Positions 62,404-64,000 of a DNA stretch of 64,000 bases are shown piece by piece (the first letter of the stretch is position 1; every line of letters begins with the position of its first letter). The notes below the pieces were generated by a model that worked only from the letters and a program-made list of their open reading frames with translations, did no database searches and was not told where the DNA came from. The position numbers and the translations under genes are program-made. The stretch comes from Lepidodermella squamata (taxonomy: Eukaryota; Animalia; Gastrotricha): NCBI GenBank assembly GCA_047495785.1, contig JBLDXI010000011.1, positions 868,001 to 932,000 of the forward strand. The letters run 5' to 3'.

Positions 62404-64000
62404 GAATCGGCACTGTGAGAGATTTTTTGAATTTTTTCCTTTGGAAAGCGTGATCTCTACAAATAAGCTGATCCACTGAAAAAATACGCTGAACATGGCG
62501 CATCTCATGGAGGCGAAATAACAAAATTAGCTAGTAGTAGGAATCGATGATCGGTAATCGATAATCAGTGATTTCTTCGGGAATGAATGAGTATAAAGTG
62601 ATTTTGACTCGAGATTTGAGTTCTACCGGTGTTATTCGGTCTTGGTGGATTTTTTAGAAGCACAGGTCTCGTGCAAAAAAATCGCAAAAAAGCAACACAC
62701 CCGCCTGCTCACATATGAGTATACGGCGATATCCTTCAAATTTGGTACTACTCATATGCGAGTATATGGCTATATTCTGCAAATTCAAGAATACTCACCT
62801 ATGAGTATATAGCCGTTAAAGTGGTAAGGGTAATTTCATGCTTGTGCAAAAATGGCATTCCCGTTTCCTGTCTCTGAGCAACTTCAATCCATCAGCGCTC
62901 AAGAAAAACGTGCAATGAACGATTGATCATCATCTTCGACTTCTTTACCTTGGTCTCTGCCATGTCTCTGGCATTGACAAGCTCTCTTCGCAACAAAGGA
63001 AAAAGATTGAGAAGCCACGCTGTCGTAATTTTTTTTATTTACTTTCTATGGTCAATGCGCCGAAGTAAAATGTGTACCTTTTCTGTTGTTTTATTAATAC
63101 AACGCTCTTTTATTAGGAGAAGAAGTGGCATTGAAAAATTGTTATAATTAAAAATAATAATTATGATTCCTTGTCATAAAAATCCCGTCAACATGACATT
63201 TTTCTCACCTAAACATGTCATGTTAATTGTTGATTGTAAAGTTGTATTGTCTTTAAGCTTAGCTGTTGTGTAAACTGCAATGTTTCGCTCCATTTTAGCT
63301 TCAACTATTAACTCAGTTCTGTCTGACACTGTTTTGAGTGCGGTGAGTCCGAAACCTTTCTTTTTCTTTCATGTCAGTTACAGTTGCAAAGTTGCAAGGC
63401 TGACCGATGAGGCGGACTGATTGTGTAGATCTTCGACTACTGCAACGTCTGGTAAGAGCTTGATGCCCGTCTTCAGAGCAGTGCCCTTCAAAGATGTCTC
63501 CACTTTGGCTTTAGCCAAAGTTTGACATGACATTGTCTTGTGTTTCATTATTTCGTAGCTCGTTTTGCAAATAGACCAATTAATTGATACAGTCAGCCCC
63601 CGCTATAACGCAACTTGTTATAACTATAAGTTTTGTTGGCGCGCAACATTTTCGGCTATTTGAGATTTTTGAATCTCAAATTAGGCAGCCTTTTTCAGTT
63701 GATCGCTGCTCACTTTTTGCAGTATACAGATTATTACTTTAATCAAGTGATTTCTTCGCGACCCAAAAAGCAAAAAATCGCGATGAGCTCGGAACACATA
63801 AAAATACTAGCGTGTCAGATCTACTGTATTTATTGCACATTTTCCGGCTCGCCGGTGTTTCCTCCGCGCGCGCGCTCCCCGAACTGAAATTTTTGGGTAA
63901 AATGTTTGAAGTCAAGCCGTGTAAATTCAAATAATTGCGGGTTTTCGGAACTAAACGGATGTAAGTGGTCGAAATTTCGTTGATGTAAGTAAATGTAAGG

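Larger units (their letters stand above)
58450..62405 (+). mobile_element. Tyrosine-recombinase (Crypton-like) element with two genes; exact ends unknown
   Basis: Recombinase gene with no RT; both flanks carry ACTACCGAAAAA arrays. Confidence 0.75.

Noticed and set aside
62411-62417. RSS heptamer CACTGTG
   Set aside because: A single 7-mer with no properly spaced nonamer; expected by chance.

Overview
Eukaryotic, probably invertebrate, repeat-rich window with very short spliceosomal introns (mostly 51-61 nt). All spliced gene models were built by hand from GT..AG boundaries and frame continuity; no database search was run. (1) A 4-exon gene for a 241-aa secreted Cys/Thr/Ser-rich protein occurs six times: four near-identical copies in a ~2.5-kb tandem array (1-11939, first copy cut by the window edge) and two diverged copies inside a ~7.1-kb inverted duplication (30212-37321 / 46931-54061). 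(2) Four two-gene DNA elements with largely intact frames: a 3416-bp element with a RAG1/Transib-like transposase, a convergent second gene and a 2-bp TSD (6064-9479, empty sites in neighbouring repeat units); an EnSpm/CACTA-type element (24057-30893); a Sola1-type element inserted in a CR1-group LINE (38898-44317); and a tyrosine-recombinase (Crypton-like) element (~58450-62405). (3) Many LINE fragments and non-autonomous TIR elements. Main observation: the Sola1 (DDD) element and the tyrosine-recombinase element, whose catalytic cores are unrelated, appear to share one front end. Gene A is PB1-like plus Myb/SANT-like; a basic zinc-finger module sits ahead of the catalytic domain; and in both, the predicted splice leaves the two frames in phase with a single TAA between them.
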